Assembly: GCA_963706955.1 (NCBI GenBank)
Contig: CAVPOC010000013.1
Location: 28,407 to 92,406, forward strand
DNA: 64,000 bases
Origin: an uncultured Verrucomicrobiae bacterium
GTDB lineage: Bacteria > Verrucomicrobiota > Verrucomicrobiia > Chthoniobacterales > Terrimicrobiaceae
Direction of reading: 5' to 3'
Part shown: positions 18,702 through 28,818 of the stretch, in pieces
How positions within the stretch are numbered: the stretch's first letter is position 1
How the letters are laid out: every line of letters begins with the position of its first letter
Notes under the pieces: model-generated
The model's input: only the letters and a program-made list of their open reading frames with translations
What the model was told of the DNA's origin: nothing
The model's database searches: none
Translations under genes and position numbers: made by a program

Positions 18702-20279
18702 TCATTTTTTGCGGGCGATGTGGAGAGCGCAGGCGATGGCGGCAATGGCAAGGCAACCCAGCGAAAAAATTTCTCCATACCGCGTGTAGAAAGTTTTCGC
18801 TGGATCAATCGGGACGTCCAACTGCGCGAAGAGCACGCCCTCGATAAAAGTATCTCCCTGGTCATTTTGCAGTTGGTTCACAATCCGTCCGAATCGATCG
18901 ATTACGCAGGTAACTCCGGTGTTCGCCGCCCGGACCATCGGCAGTTTTGTTTCCGCGCAGCGAAAAAGTGCGTGCTTCACATGCTGCTCTGAGCCGGCAC
19001 TTTTGAGAAACCACGCATCGTTAGTCATTGTCACCAAGACTTGCGCCCCGCGCTGGGCAAACTGACGCGTCAAATCGCCCAAGGTATCTTCAAAGCAAAT
19101 CAGCGGGCCGATGCTGATCGGTTTGCGCGACATTTTTAGAATGACAGGTTCTCTGCCGAAATCGAAGTCGTCAGGAATCAATTCACCCACCAGCCAGGCG
19201 AAAAGCGGGAACGACCCTCGCAGCGGAACATACTCCCCGAAGGGAACCAGGTGGATCTTGTGATAGAGCTGCGCGTTGCGCGCGCTGTCGGTAAGCAGAA
19301 CCGCCGAATTGTAGTCGCCGGATTGGTCAAAATGCACCGTCCCCAACAGAAAGTCACCGGCATGCTTTTCGGCAAGGCCGCGAACAACATCCCAGTTTCT
19401 TTGATCGGAGAAAAGTGGACGCGGCGTGGCCGCTTCGGGCCAGATGAGAAGGTCAGGGTTGACCGCGAGAGCGGTTTGCGTCAGGGCGACATGAAGGTCG
19501 AGAATGCGCGCTTCGTGCTCGGGATCGCGTTTTTCGCTGACCGGCACGTTAGCTTGGACTGCGGCGACGCTCAAACCCTCCGAAGGAGGAGAAGGTTGAG
19601 ACAATCGCCGGACACCGTAGACAAACACGAGCGCGACCAGCGCGATGGTCAAATTGAAATCGTAGTGGGGCCGGAGTCGTTCCCGGCCAATTTCAGCCCT
19701 AAAGCGCCGGACGGTGATAACGATTATCACATTGACCATGGCCACCAGAAAGGAGAGGCCGCCGACGCCGGTGATGTCGCAAATTTGGATGAGCGCGATA
19801 TTCTTGTTCAAGGCGACTCCAAGGGCATTCCAGCCGAAGCCGGTGAAGACAACTCCGCGTAGCCACTCGAGGGCGGTCCATCCGGCTGAGGCGAGGGCGG
19901 CGACCCGCAGATTGTTCCAGGACTTAGTCCAGACCGGCTCCCGCTCCAGAGAGGACGGACGTGGTCTGGCGACCGTGCCAACAAAGAGTGCCCAAAGTGC
20001 CGTGTAGCTGCCGAGGAAAAGACAGAGCGCGATCAATCCGGGGACCGTAACGGTGACAAGCCAATGGAGACTGCCGAGCATGTAGATCAACCCGGTCACG
20101 TAACCGAGCAGGAGCAGTCTCAAGGCGTCTCGCCTTTTCCACGGTTCAGAAAACCAGATCGCTGCGGTGATGGGAGTTAGCGCGAGCCAGCAAAGGCCGC
20201 CAAGATTCGCCGGAGGGAAGCACAACGTGAGCAGCAGACCGCTCAGGATTGCGCATAACCATGGCCAATAACGTCTCAT
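18702..20279 (-). CDS. lnt: Apolipoprotein N-acyltransferase
   Basis: Multi-TM N-terminus and nitrilase-fold motifs WPEAA, KIHLVPFGEY, LICFE, TNDAWF and RAANTG. Confidence 0.95.
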   Translation of the reverse strand: MRRYWPWLCAILSGLLLTLCFPPANLGGLCWLALTPITAAIWFSEPWKRRDALRLLLLGYVTGLIYMLGSLHWLVTVTVPGLIALCLFLGSYTALWALFVGTVARPRPSSLEREPVWTKSWNNLRVAALASAGWTALEWLRGVVFTGFGWNALGVALNKNIALIQICDITGVGGLSFLVAMVNVIIVITVRRFRAEIGRERLRPHYDFNLTIALVALVFVYGVRRLSQPSPPSEGLSVAAVQANVPVSEKRDPEHEARILDLHVALTQTALAVNPDLLIWPEAATPRPLFSDQRNWDVVRGLAEKHAGDFLLGTVHFDQSGDYNSAVLLTDSARNAQLYHKIHLVPFGEYVPLRGSFPLFAWLVGELIPDDFDFGREPVILKMSRKPISIGPLICFEDTLGDLTRQFAQRGAQVLVTMTNDAWFLKSAGSEQHVKHALFRCAETKLPMVRAANTGVTCVIDRFGRIVNQLQNDQGDTFIEGVLFAQLDVPIDPAKTFYTRYGEIFSLGCLAIAAIACALHIARKK

Positions 20280-20321
20280 CGAGGCGGAGAGCAAACATGC
20301 CCGGCTGTCGAGCGCCAAGCT

Positions 20322-20711
20322 TCAATCCGCTTTCATCGCGTCAATAGAGAGTGACGTATCCACCGTCACGCTGCAACGCGTGTCCGGGCGTGCTTCTGTC
20401 GGGACGTCCTTGAGAACTATCACCACTCTCGTCTCGTCTTCTTCGGTTTCGCGCGATTCGACCGCGCCATCAAAACGTTTTGAGGGAGATGTTTCGAAGG
20501 TGACGATGGCCTTCGATCCTTGTCGGATTTTTCCAGCAACGTTCGATGGAAACTTCGCCAGAACGAGCCTTTCTGAGATGAGGTGCGCGTTCACGGTAGA
20601 TGGTGCTTGCGATCTATATCGGAGCCATGTCAAAGCCGCGGCAATAGCGGCCAAGAGGAGAATACTGATGACAACGGTTCGCCCTGGGTTCTTTTTTTCC
20701 GTGCGTTCCAT
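20322..20711 (-). CDS. Single-TM hypothetical protein resembling the beta-barrel of HlyD/membrane-fusion proteins
   Basis: ATG 20711, one TM helix, then KIRQGSKAIVTFETSPSKRFDGAVES...CSVTVD. Confidence 0.6.
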   Translation of the reverse strand: MERTEKKNPGRTVVISILLLAAIAAALTWLRYRSQAPSTVNAHLISERLVLAKFPSNVAGKIRQGSKAIVTFETSPSKRFDGAVESRETEEDETRVVIVLKDVPTEARPDTRCSVTVDTSLSIDAMKAD

Positions 20712-20738
20712 CGAAGCGGCTGAAAAGGTATCGTTCCC

Positions 20739-22067
20739 ATGAACGAAGGGAAGGAAAACGGCCATCTGGCACGCTCGATCGGCCTGTTTGCTCTCATCGT
20801 TTACGGCGTCGGCGACATGATTGGTGCCGGAATCTATGGCACGATCGGCGTCGCCGCGGGAAAGATGGGAAACGCTGTCTGGCTGGCTTTTCTCGTTTCG
20901 ATGGTGGCCGCCTTGCTTACCGGTCTTTCGTACGCATCGCTGGCCTCTCGCTACCCGAGGGCGGCCGGCGCTGCGTTTGTCACCCAACGTGCGTTTGGCT
21001 GGCAATTTCTTTCCTATGTTGTCGGCTTGGCAGTGGCCTGCTCAGGATTGACCTCAATGGCGGCAGGCAGCCGGGTGTTTGCGGCGACATTGCAACCTTT
21101 CTTAGGAGTTCCGCTCTGGTGCATCTTCCTCGCATTTATCGTGGCGTTGACACTGGTGAACCTTCGCGGAATTCGAGAATGCGTTTGGGTGAACATGGTC
21201 TGCACGACGATCGAGCTCGGCGGGCTCCTCTTTGTGATCGCCGTCAGCTTGCGGTACTTTGGCAGCGTCAACTATTTGGAAACACCGCCGTCCGCCGGCG
21301 CGCTCACCGTTCCGCTGATCATGTCCGGCGCCGTCCTGACCTTCTACGCGTTTGTGGGTTTTGAGGACCTGCTCAATCTCGCTGAAGAAGTGAAGAATCC
21401 GCAGCGAAACATGCCTTGGGGAATCATCCTGGCCGTCGCCGCCGTCGCCATCATTTACGTCCTTGTCAGCATCGCGGCGATCTCTGTGGTCGCCTACGCA
21501 GATTTGGCAGATTCGAAGAAGGGCGCTCCACTGGCACAAATTACCAGGGTCGCCGCGCCATGGTTGCCTTATCACGTCTACACGGGCATCACGTTATTTG
21601 CGGTGGCAAATACCGCGCTCATGAATTTCATCATGGGCTCGCGCCTTATCTATGGAATGTCTCGACAAGGTTTACTCCCGCCAGTTCTCGGTCTGGTGCA
21701 CAGCACTCGACGGACACCGCATGTGGCCATTCTGACGTTGGCGGCGATTGTTTCCATTTTAGCCTTCTCCGGCGACATTTCCGAACTCGCCTCCGCCACG
21801 AGCCTCTTGCTGCTTCTCGTTTTCGCGCTCATGAACAGCGCGCTGATTGTCCTCAAACTGCGCAAAGGCGAAGCTGCCGGACAGTTCGAAGTTCCTCTTT
21901 TGGTGCCTTTTCTCGGGTGCCTGATCTGTGGCCTTCTGATTGTCTCGCGCGTCACGACCGCCGCCGCCGGAACGCGCGCGCCGCTCATCGCAGCGATCCT
22001 GCTCGCAGCCATTGCCGTGCTCTACTTTGTCGTTCGCCCTCGTGAGCCGATCGCAGTGGCGGAATGA
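20739..22067 (+). CDS. APC-family amino acid permease
   Basis: GDMIGAGIY, YPRAAG, FYAFVGFE, AEEVKNP and about 12 TM helices. Confidence 0.93.
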   Translation: MNEGKENGHLARSIGLFALIVYGVGDMIGAGIYGTIGVAAGKMGNAVWLAFLVSMVAALLTGLSYASLASRYPRAAGAAFVTQRAFGWQFLSYVVGLAVACSGLTSMAAGSRVFAATLQPFLGVPLWCIFLAFIVALTLVNLRGIRECVWVNMVCTTIELGGLLFVIAVSLRYFGSVNYLETPPSAGALTVPLIMSGAVLTFYAFVGFEDLLNLAEEVKNPQRNMPWGIILAVAAVAIIYVLVSIAAISVVAYADLADSKKGAPLAQITRVAAPWLPYHVYTGITLFAVANTALMNFIMGSRLIYGMSRQGLLPPVLGLVHSTRRTPHVAILTLAAIVSILAFSGDISELASATSLLLLLVFALMNSALIVLKLRKGEAAGQFEVPLLVPFLGCLICGLLIVSRVTTAAAGTRAPLIAAILLAAIAVLYFVVRPREPIAVAE

Positions 22068-22128
22068 GTTCCTTTGCATTTGAATTTCCCTGTCTGTTGC
22101 CACTACGGTGCGAATGCGTGAATTAGGT

Positions 22129-23946
22129 ATGCGCTTTTCTGCGATCCTGCTGGTTCTCATGGTTAGTCAACTCGCGAGTTTTAGCTTGCGTGCACAACCG
22201 GCGCCCGCCGCCGCGCCAAAAAACTTGGTCGTCAATGGCGGCTTCGAAGCATCCTCTCAGCGGCAGAATCTTTGGCAGGGAGTGGACAGCGCGGGCTTTC
22301 TTACCGGTGAGCGCGGCCAGGTGCCGGTTTTAACCTTGCGCGGGGAAATCGCCGACACCGTCATGCCTATTTCCGTGGGGGCGACCGACATGAACGCAGA
22401 TGGCCTGGTCGATCTTGTTACTATGGACGTGCTTGGCTATCTGCGAATCTATTTCAATAGCGGCGACAAGCAGCAGCCAAAGTTCACGTCGGGGGATTTG
22501 GGAGGGATTTTTCTCACGCGGACCGCGCAAAACGATCTCACTATCGGACGAGAAGCGCCGGGGGCGCGCCTCGCTCCGAGAATCTTTCCCACCGAGATGA
22601 TGAAGTCCGGGAAAAAGGACCTGGTTGTCGGTAATTATCTTGGCGAAGTCCTCTTTGTCGCGAACGGAGGGTCGGCCCAAGTCCCCGATTTCAAGCAGCC
22701 GCAGGAGGTTTCTCGATCTGCCATCCCGACGATGAAAGACCCGAGGAAACGTTGGGGCAATGTATTCGCTCCGTGTACCTGGGATTGGAACGCGGATGGG
22801 AAGGACGACCTTTTATTGGGGGAGGGGTCTTATTCGGCGAACAACATCCACTTGTTAATTAATCAGGGCTCCGGGGCTCGGCCTGCCTTTGACGAAAGCA
22901 AGCGTTATGTCCTGGCCTTCGGAGATGGTCTCGAGCAGTTGACCCCTACGGTCGTTGATTACAACGGCGACGGCGCACCGGACCTCCTGGTGGCTGAGCG
23001 GTCGGGGAAAATAGCAGTCTATCTTAACAAAGGCGAGGCGACAAAGCTCGATGCGCCTCCCGCAGAAATACCCTTTGCTTCGTTTATTGCTGGCCCCGCC
23101 GGCAGCCCGTTAACCTTCGGGGGGATCTGCACGGTATCGACTGGAGATCTCAATGGAGATGGGCTTTTCGACCTCGTTGTCGGCAAGAGCAACGGACGCC
23201 TGGCCATGGCGCTGAACGTCGGCACGAAGTCCGAGCCAAAGTTCTCTCCCCCGGTTGAGCTCAAGGGAACTCCCGGCACGCCGGCCTTCCAGGTGCCCTC
23301 GGGCTGGGACATCGACTTCGGAGTGAGGCGCGGAAATTTTCTCGCCTTTATGAGTATTGTCAAAGGGGAGGAAGACAAAGTCGCCCAGCCGACCGAAGGA
23401 AAGTCGTGTTTGAAGGTGGGCTATGTGCCCGCTCAAAATAAGCTTATGCCTGCCCCCTCGGTTTACACGCTGGCATTTCCGGGTTTTAGCCTCAAAGAAC
23501 CGAAAATGGATCAGTCGCCAGAGCAGATACTCATGTATGGCCCGGCACGCTATTTTATGCTGCGGCAAGCGGATCGCTTCCGCCTGAAGGCAAATACCAG
23601 CTACATCCTTAGCTTCAAAGTGAAGGGCCGAATCGGTGATGGGCAGGCCACCATTGGATGGAGCGGCTCGAAAAAACTAAGCGATGATAAGGTTATCCAG
23701 GGAGAGCGCGGCTCAGCCGAAGTGAAAAGAAATGAGGCAAATCAAACCGTTTACGAGACGATCAAATTTAACCCGACGCCGATATGGTCTGAAGTGCGCA
23801 AGGAATTTCGGGTCGCTCTAAAGGATAAGAATTTGCAAGATCTCAAGGAGATGACCCACTCGCTCCTGGAGATCAGTTTCTCCATTCCGCCCGGGGGCGA
23901 AGCCTATATCGATGAAGTAAGCATCATCGAGAGACCGGCGACGTGA
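22129..23946 (+). CDS. Secreted FG-GAP/VCBS repeat protein with a carbohydrate-binding-like domain
   Basis: Signal peptide, NLVVNGGFE, and repeats DMNADGLVDL, DWNADGKDDL, DYNGDGAPDL and DLNGDGLFDL. Confidence 0.85.
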   Translation: MRFSAILLVLMVSQLASFSLRAQPAPAAAPKNLVVNGGFEASSQRQNLWQGVDSAGFLTGERGQVPVLTLRGEIADTVMPISVGATDMNADGLVDLVTMDVLGYLRIYFNSGDKQQPKFTSGDLGGIFLTRTAQNDLTIGREAPGARLAPRIFPTEMMKSGKKDLVVGNYLGEVLFVANGGSAQVPDFKQPQEVSRSAIPTMKDPRKRWGNVFAPCTWDWNADGKDDLLLGEGSYSANNIHLLINQGSGARPAFDESKRYVLAFGDGLEQLTPTVVDYNGDGAPDLLVAERSGKIAVYLNKGEATKLDAPPAEIPFASFIAGPAGSPLTFGGICTVSTGDLNGDGLFDLVVGKSNGRLAMALNVGTKSEPKFSPPVELKGTPGTPAFQVPSGWDIDFGVRRGNFLAFMSIVKGEEDKVAQPTEGKSCLKVGYVPAQNKLMPAPSVYTLAFPGFSLKEPKMDQSPEQILMYGPARYFMLRQADRFRLKANTSYILSFKVKGRIGDGQATIGWSGSKKLSDDKVIQGERGSAEVKRNEANQTVYETIKFNPTPIWSEVRKEFRVALKDKNLQDLKEMTHSLLEISFSIPPGGEAYIDEVSIIERPAT

Positions 23947-24908
23947 GCGGAAGGATCGGGACGGCGTTCGTCCTCGGTGCCGGATTAGGAACCAGGCTGC
24001 GGCCGTTAACGCTCGTGCGGCCTAAGCCTTTGATCCCGATCTTTGGCAAACCGCTGATCACTTTTGCACTCGATCATCTCTGCGCAGTCGGGGTGGAATC
24101 CTTCGTCATCAACACCCACCATCTGGCCAGCCAGATAGAGGCGTTGTTCCGGAACCATAGCTATGGCGGCTGCAGACTAAAGCTTATTTACGAGCGAGAT
24201 CTTCTTGAAACCGGCGGTGGTATCAAGAATGCCGAGGTGTGGATCGGCCAGGAGCCGTTCATTGTCTATAGTGGCGATATTCTCACCAACATCGAGCTGG
24301 AAGAACTCATTGAGCAGCACTTTCGCAGGGGGAACGATGTTACTCTCGCCCTACGTACCACCGGCCTGGCTGCCGGTGTCACTCTCGATCACAACGGCCG
24401 TGTCACCGCAATCGAGTCAGGGCGACATCGCTCCGGGGCTTTTGACTTCGCCAACGTGTCGATTTGGAATCGCGATATTTTCCAAAGGATTCCCGCGGGC
24501 AAAAAAATCTCGTTTGTTCCCATTTTGGTGGATTGGCTTCGAAGCGGAGGGAAGGTCGGCGGTGTCGTCCTCAACGAGCGTGAATGGTTCAATATCGGAT
24601 CGCGTTCCGAATACCTGAAGGTCCACCAAGTGATCAGCCGTCGTCGCTGGCGGCCCGATTATCTCAAGGGGGAGGACTGGCCGGCGAGCGTCGCGGCCGA
24701 TGCGGAGGTCGCTCCCGGCGCTCGTCTGACCGGATTCTATGCGGTCGGCAGTGGCTGCGTGTTGGAAGGTTCCACAGTCATCGAAGACTCAATTCTCTGG
24801 GAAGGCGCAACCATTCGAGCAGGGTCCATTCTCCGGAGTTGCGTCGTTGCCGGAAGTCTGGTCATATCTGGGCGGCACGAGAACGCTGACCTCACCGCGG
24901 CCGTATGA
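23943..24908 (+). CDS. Sugar-phosphate nucleotidyltransferase (MurU/GDP-mannose pyrophosphorylase-like)
   Basis: LGAGLGTRLRPLT..RPKPL, INTHHLA, LETGGGI and a C-terminal beta-helix. Confidence 0.88.
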   Translation: MSGRIGTAFVLGAGLGTRLRPLTLVRPKPLIPIFGKPLITFALDHLCAVGVESFVINTHHLASQIEALFRNHSYGGCRLKLIYERDLLETGGGIKNAEVWIGQEPFIVYSGDILTNIELEELIEQHFRRGNDVTLALRTTGLAAGVTLDHNGRVTAIESGRHRSGAFDFANVSIWNRDIFQRIPAGKKISFVPILVDWLRSGGKVGGVVLNEREWFNIGSRSEYLKVHQVISRRRWRPDYLKGEDWPASVAADAEVAPGARLTGFYAVGSGCVLEGSTVIEDSILWEGATIRAGSILRSCVVAGSLVISGRHENADLTAAV

Positions 24909-25891
24909 GCTTGGAACGATTAGTCCTTCAGACGCAGGAAAAATTTCCGCGCTATCGCTCGCGGGTTGAAATCATGCCTCTGGAAAAAGGGGGCTCCGAG
25001 CGGAAATTTTATCGCATCTGCGCAGGGGACGAGAGCCCGGTGATTCTGGTGAAATATTCCAGCCAGAAGGAGGAAAATCGCCACTATGTCGAGATCGCGC
25101 GGTTTCTCGCGGCCTCGGGTGTTAGCGTGCCTGCGATCTATTTTCATGATGCGACCGAGGGGTTGATCTGGATGCAAGACCTGGGCGACGAAGACTTATG
25201 GGCTTGGCGCGCTTCTCCCTGGCATGATCGGCGCTCCCTCTATGAATCCGCGCTCTTCCAGGCAAGCAGGCTGCATATCGCAGCCACTCGCGATCTTCCC
25301 ACCTCGGGTCTTCGGCTCGAACGCGAGTTCAGCGAGCAGCTCTATCTTTGGGAGCAGCAGTATTTTTTTGACAACTGTTTGCGCGCGCATTTTGGACTCG
25401 AGGAGTCCGCTGTGCACAGGTACTCGCAACTTGCCAGGATGCACGAGATCGCCGCGCGACTCGCCTCGCTTCCGCGCACGCTCGTTCACCGCGATTTCCA
25501 ATCACAGAATATTATTATTCAGGATGAACAAGCCTGGCTGATCGACTTTCAAGGCATGCGGCCGGGCCTGCCGCAGTACGATCTCGCTTCACTTCTCTAC
25601 GATCCCTACGTCGACCTGACGAGTAGCGAGCGCAGCGAGCTCCTCAATTTCTACAAGCGCGTGGCTCTCTCCTCTGGCATGCAACTGACCAGCGACTTCG
25701 ACGAAGTATTTCACTTTTGCGCCCTCCAACGCCTCATGCAAGCCCTCGGCGCCTACGGGTTTCTTGGACTTCAAAAGGGCCGCCCTGATTTCCTCGCCCA
25801 TATTCCGGCCGCTCGCCGCTCGCTCCGAGAAGTGGCTGCGCGCGTCGACGGCTTGGACGAGTTCGTAGCCTTGCTCGATTCCCTCCCATGA
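24905..25891 (+). CDS. APH-family phosphotransferase, AmgK-like (anomeric MurNAc/GlcNAc kinase)
   Basis: GSERKFYR, QDLGD, HRDFQSQN, IDFQ, YDLASLL.DPY and QRLMQALG. It is coupled to the nucleotidyltransferase. Confidence 0.8.
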   Translation: MSLERLVLQTQEKFPRYRSRVEIMPLEKGGSERKFYRICAGDESPVILVKYSSQKEENRHYVEIARFLAASGVSVPAIYFHDATEGLIWMQDLGDEDLWAWRASPWHDRRSLYESALFQASRLHIAATRDLPTSGLRLEREFSEQLYLWEQQYFFDNCLRAHFGLEESAVHRYSQLARMHEIAARLASLPRTLVHRDFQSQNIIIQDEQAWLIDFQGMRPGLPQYDLASLLYDPYVDLTSSERSELLNFYKRVALSSGMQLTSDFDEVFHFCALQRLMQALGAYGFLGLQKGRPDFLAHIPAARRSLREVAARVDGLDEFVALLDSLP

Positions 25892-27888
25892 AAATTAGTG
25901 ACCCCGGAACAGTCATAGTCGAAAACATCACCCCGCAACTCGACGGCGGACGCTATCCCATCAAACGCGCCGTTGGCCAGGACCTTGTTGTTGAGGCCGA
26001 CATATTCAAGGAAGGACACGACGTGGTGTCTGCTCTTCTGAAGTGGCGTCCGGTCGGGGAGTCCACCTGGCTGGAAACCCCGATGGAAGCTCTCGTGAAT
26101 GACCGTTGGCGCGGTGTGCTTACTGTGACGGCGCCGGGCCCTTGGGAAATGACGATTGAGGCGTGGGGCGACACTTTCAATTCCTGGCAAGAGGAGATCC
26201 ATAAGAAGTTCGACGGAGGCATCCGCGACCTCCAGAGCGAATCGCTCGAGGGCGCGGCATTTATCAAGGAGGCGGCGACACGTGCGGCCGGAACACCCGA
26301 TGCGGATTTGCTCTTAGCATTCGCGACGCGCCTAGAAACTGCAGGTCCCGAAGAAACGAACCAGGTCGCGGCTTCCGCGGAGCTCTCCGGCTTGATGACG
26401 GTCTGGGCGGACCGCTCCCTTTCAACCGATTACCATCCTTTGTTGCCCATTTGGGTGGATGGCGAGCGCGCTGTCTTCGCCGCCTGGTATGAGTTCTTCC
26501 CGCGTTCGGCTGAGGGGAAACCGGATAGCGGATCGACGTTTCGCGATTGCCTTCCACGGATCGACGACGCCAAAGCAATGGGCTTCGACGTGATCTATTT
26601 CCCGCCGATCCATCCCATCGGCGAGAGCAACCGAAAAGGTCGCAACAATTCCGTGACCTGCCAGCCGGGCGAGCCGGGCGTGCCGTACGCTATCGGAAAT
26701 TACCGACAAGGGGTCAATGGCGGCGGCCACAAGGATGTCGCGCCGGAACTCGGCACGCTGGAAGACTTCGCGTGGCTGGTCGGCGAGACCAAGAAGCGAG
26801 GGCTGGAGATCGCCCTCGACTTTGCAATCAATTGCTCGCCCGATCACCCTTACGTGAAGGACCATCCAGAATGGTTCTTCAAACGCCCCGATGGGACCAT
26901 CAAGTATGCTGAGAATCCACCCAAGAAATACCAGGACGTCTATCCGCTGAATTTTCATAATCCGAACTGGGAGGCGCTTTGGCGGGAGTTACACGATGTG
27001 ATTGCGTTTTGGTGCGACCTTGGCGTGCGCATTTTCCGGGTGGACAATCCTCACACCAAGCCGGTTTCGTTCTGGGAATGGCTCATTGCCGAGATCCACG
27101 AGAAGTATCCGGATGCGCAGTTCCTCAGTGAGGCCTTTACACGCCCAAAGATGATGGCTGTGCTCGCGAAGGCGGGTTTTACTCAAAGCTATACCTACTT
27201 CACCTGGCGAGATACGAAGTGGGAGCTCGAGACGTATCTCACCCAGTTGACGCAGACAGAGATGAAGGATTTTTTCCGGGCGAACTTCTTTGCGAATACC
27301 CCGGATATCCTGCCGCATTTTCTTCAGCAAGGCGGGCGTCCGCCGTTCCTCATCCGGGCCGTTCTCGCGGCGACGCTTTCTCCGGTCTATGGGATCTACA
27401 GCGGGTTCGAGCTCTGCGAGCATGTCCCCGTTCCGGGCAAAGAAGAGTATTACGATTCAGAGAAGTATCAGTTCAAGGGACGCAATTGGGACGCTCCCGG
27501 CAACATCAAGGAGTATATCACCAAGCTGAATGCCATCCGGAACGAAAACCGCGCTTTTCACGAATACGCCAACCTTCGCTTTTATCACGCCGAGAACGAC
27601 AACGTTCTCTTTTATAGCAAGACCACCGCGGCGCGCGATAACCTCATACTCTGTGCGGTCACCGTGGATCCTAACCACTCACAAACGGCCTTCGTTCACG
27701 TGCCCTTGGAAGATCTGGGTCTGGGCCATCACGAAACCTTCCAGGTCGAAGATCTCTTGACGGGGGAACGCTTCCTGTGGACCGGCGCGCGCAACTTCGT
27801 CTCGCTAAATCCACACACCCGACCCGCCCACATTTTCCGAGTGCGCAAGTGGGCGGGACGTTCGAATGGACAGGATGTTTATCTATAA
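25888..27888 (+). CDS. glgE: Alpha-1,4-glucan:maltose-1-phosphate maltosyltransferase
   Basis: WYEFFPRS, PPIHPIG, YAENPPKKYQD, FRVDNPHTKP, SEAFTRP and NTPDIL. Confidence 0.95.
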   Translation: MKISDPGTVIVENITPQLDGGRYPIKRAVGQDLVVEADIFKEGHDVVSALLKWRPVGESTWLETPMEALVNDRWRGVLTVTAPGPWEMTIEAWGDTFNSWQEEIHKKFDGGIRDLQSESLEGAAFIKEAATRAAGTPDADLLLAFATRLETAGPEETNQVAASAELSGLMTVWADRSLSTDYHPLLPIWVDGERAVFAAWYEFFPRSAEGKPDSGSTFRDCLPRIDDAKAMGFDVIYFPPIHPIGESNRKGRNNSVTCQPGEPGVPYAIGNYRQGVNGGGHKDVAPELGTLEDFAWLVGETKKRGLEIALDFAINCSPDHPYVKDHPEWFFKRPDGTIKYAENPPKKYQDVYPLNFHNPNWEALWRELHDVIAFWCDLGVRIFRVDNPHTKPVSFWEWLIAEIHEKYPDAQFLSEAFTRPKMMAVLAKAGFTQSYTYFTWRDTKWELETYLTQLTQTEMKDFFRANFFANTPDILPHFLQQGGRPPFLIRAVLAATLSPVYGIYSGFELCEHVPVPGKEEYYDSEKYQFKGRNWDAPGNIKEYITKLNAIRNENRAFHEYANLRFYHAENDNVLFYSKTTAARDNLILCAVTVDPNHSQTAFVHVPLEDLGLGHHETFQVEDLLTGERFLWTGARNFVSLNPHTRPAHIFRVRKWAGRSNGQDVYL

Positions 27889-28580
27889 GCTTTTCGAGCC
27901 GTATAGATACTCGCGACTCCGAAGCAGAGAGATCTCGCACGGAACTCTGTAAAGCCGTTGGCTTGCATTAGCTCCTCCATCTTGCGCCCCCGCGGGAAGG
28001 ACTCGATCGAGCTTCCCAGATATTCATAGGCTTCCTTGTTGCCGGTGATCACTGCGGCGAAGCGCGGCAGCAGCTTATGCAAATAGACGCGGTAGATAAT
28101 TCTAAGTGGAGGAAACTCTGGCAGCGAAAAGTCCATGACCAGGAGAACTCCCCCGGGACGGAGCACGCGGGCCATTTCCTGCAATGCTTCATCCCAAGCC
28201 GCCATGTTGCGCAGCCCAAAAGCGACCGTCAGCGCATCGAATTTTCCATCCTGAAATGGTAACTGAAGTGCGTCCGCCTGCACGAGGGCTGGCACTCGCT
28301 TTCTTCTTGCGATTTCGAGCATGGGCAGGCAGAAATCCGCCGCAACGACCAGCGAGTGCGGAGACGCCTTTCGCAGGGCCAAAGCAAGGTCTCCGCTTCC
28401 TGTCGCAAGATCGAGGATCCGGTGAGGTTTCTCGCCAGCGATGATGCGGGCAGCTCGCGCGCGCCACAGGAAATCGAATCCGCCGCTGAGCAGATGATTG
28501 GCGAGATCATAGCGCGCGGCGATGGCGGCGAAGGTGCGGCGAACGAAGCTGGGGTTCTGTTGTGGAAGAGTCGTTTCCAT
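27879..28580 (-). CDS. ubiE: Ubiquinone/menaquinone biosynthesis methyltransferase UbiE/MenG
   Basis: IAARYDLANHLLS, LDLATGSGD, FGLRNM, RVLRPGG and AYEYL..SIESFP. Confidence 0.9.
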   Translation of the reverse strand: METTLPQQNPSFVRRTFAAIAARYDLANHLLSGGFDFLWRARAARIIAGEKPHRILDLATGSGDLALALRKASPHSLVVAADFCLPMLEIARRKRVPALVQADALQLPFQDGKFDALTVAFGLRNMAAWDEALQEMARVLRPGGVLLVMDFSLPEFPPLRIIYRVYLHKLLPRFAAVITGNKEAYEYLGSSIESFPRGRKMEELMQANGFTEFRARSLCFGVASIYTARKAYR

Positions 28581-28630
28581 GACGAAGTTGCCTCAGAATT
28601 CGGAAGGGCCAGAGGGCGAGATCGGAGCCG

Positions 28631-28712
28631 TGCTCACGAGAGGATTCGAACCTCCAAGGGTCTCCCCATGCGCTCCTGAGGCGCACGCGTCTGCCAGTTC
28701 CGCCACGTGAGC
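28631..28712 (-). tRNA. tRNA-Leu(CAG)
   Basis: Reverse complement GCTCACGTGGCGGAACTGGCAGACGCGTGCGCCT-CAG-GAGCGCATGGGGAGACCCTTGGAGGTTCGAATCCTCTCGTGAGCA. It has a long variable arm and no encoded CCA. Confidence 0.95.
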
Positions 28713-28818
28713 AGATTGAACGCACACAATCACTCTGCTGTCTCAGGCTGTAAATTGGAAAATGCAAATTTCCACTGGCTTTGACTTCCAGCCCGTGCGA
28801 AGAAAGGCCTCTTTACTA

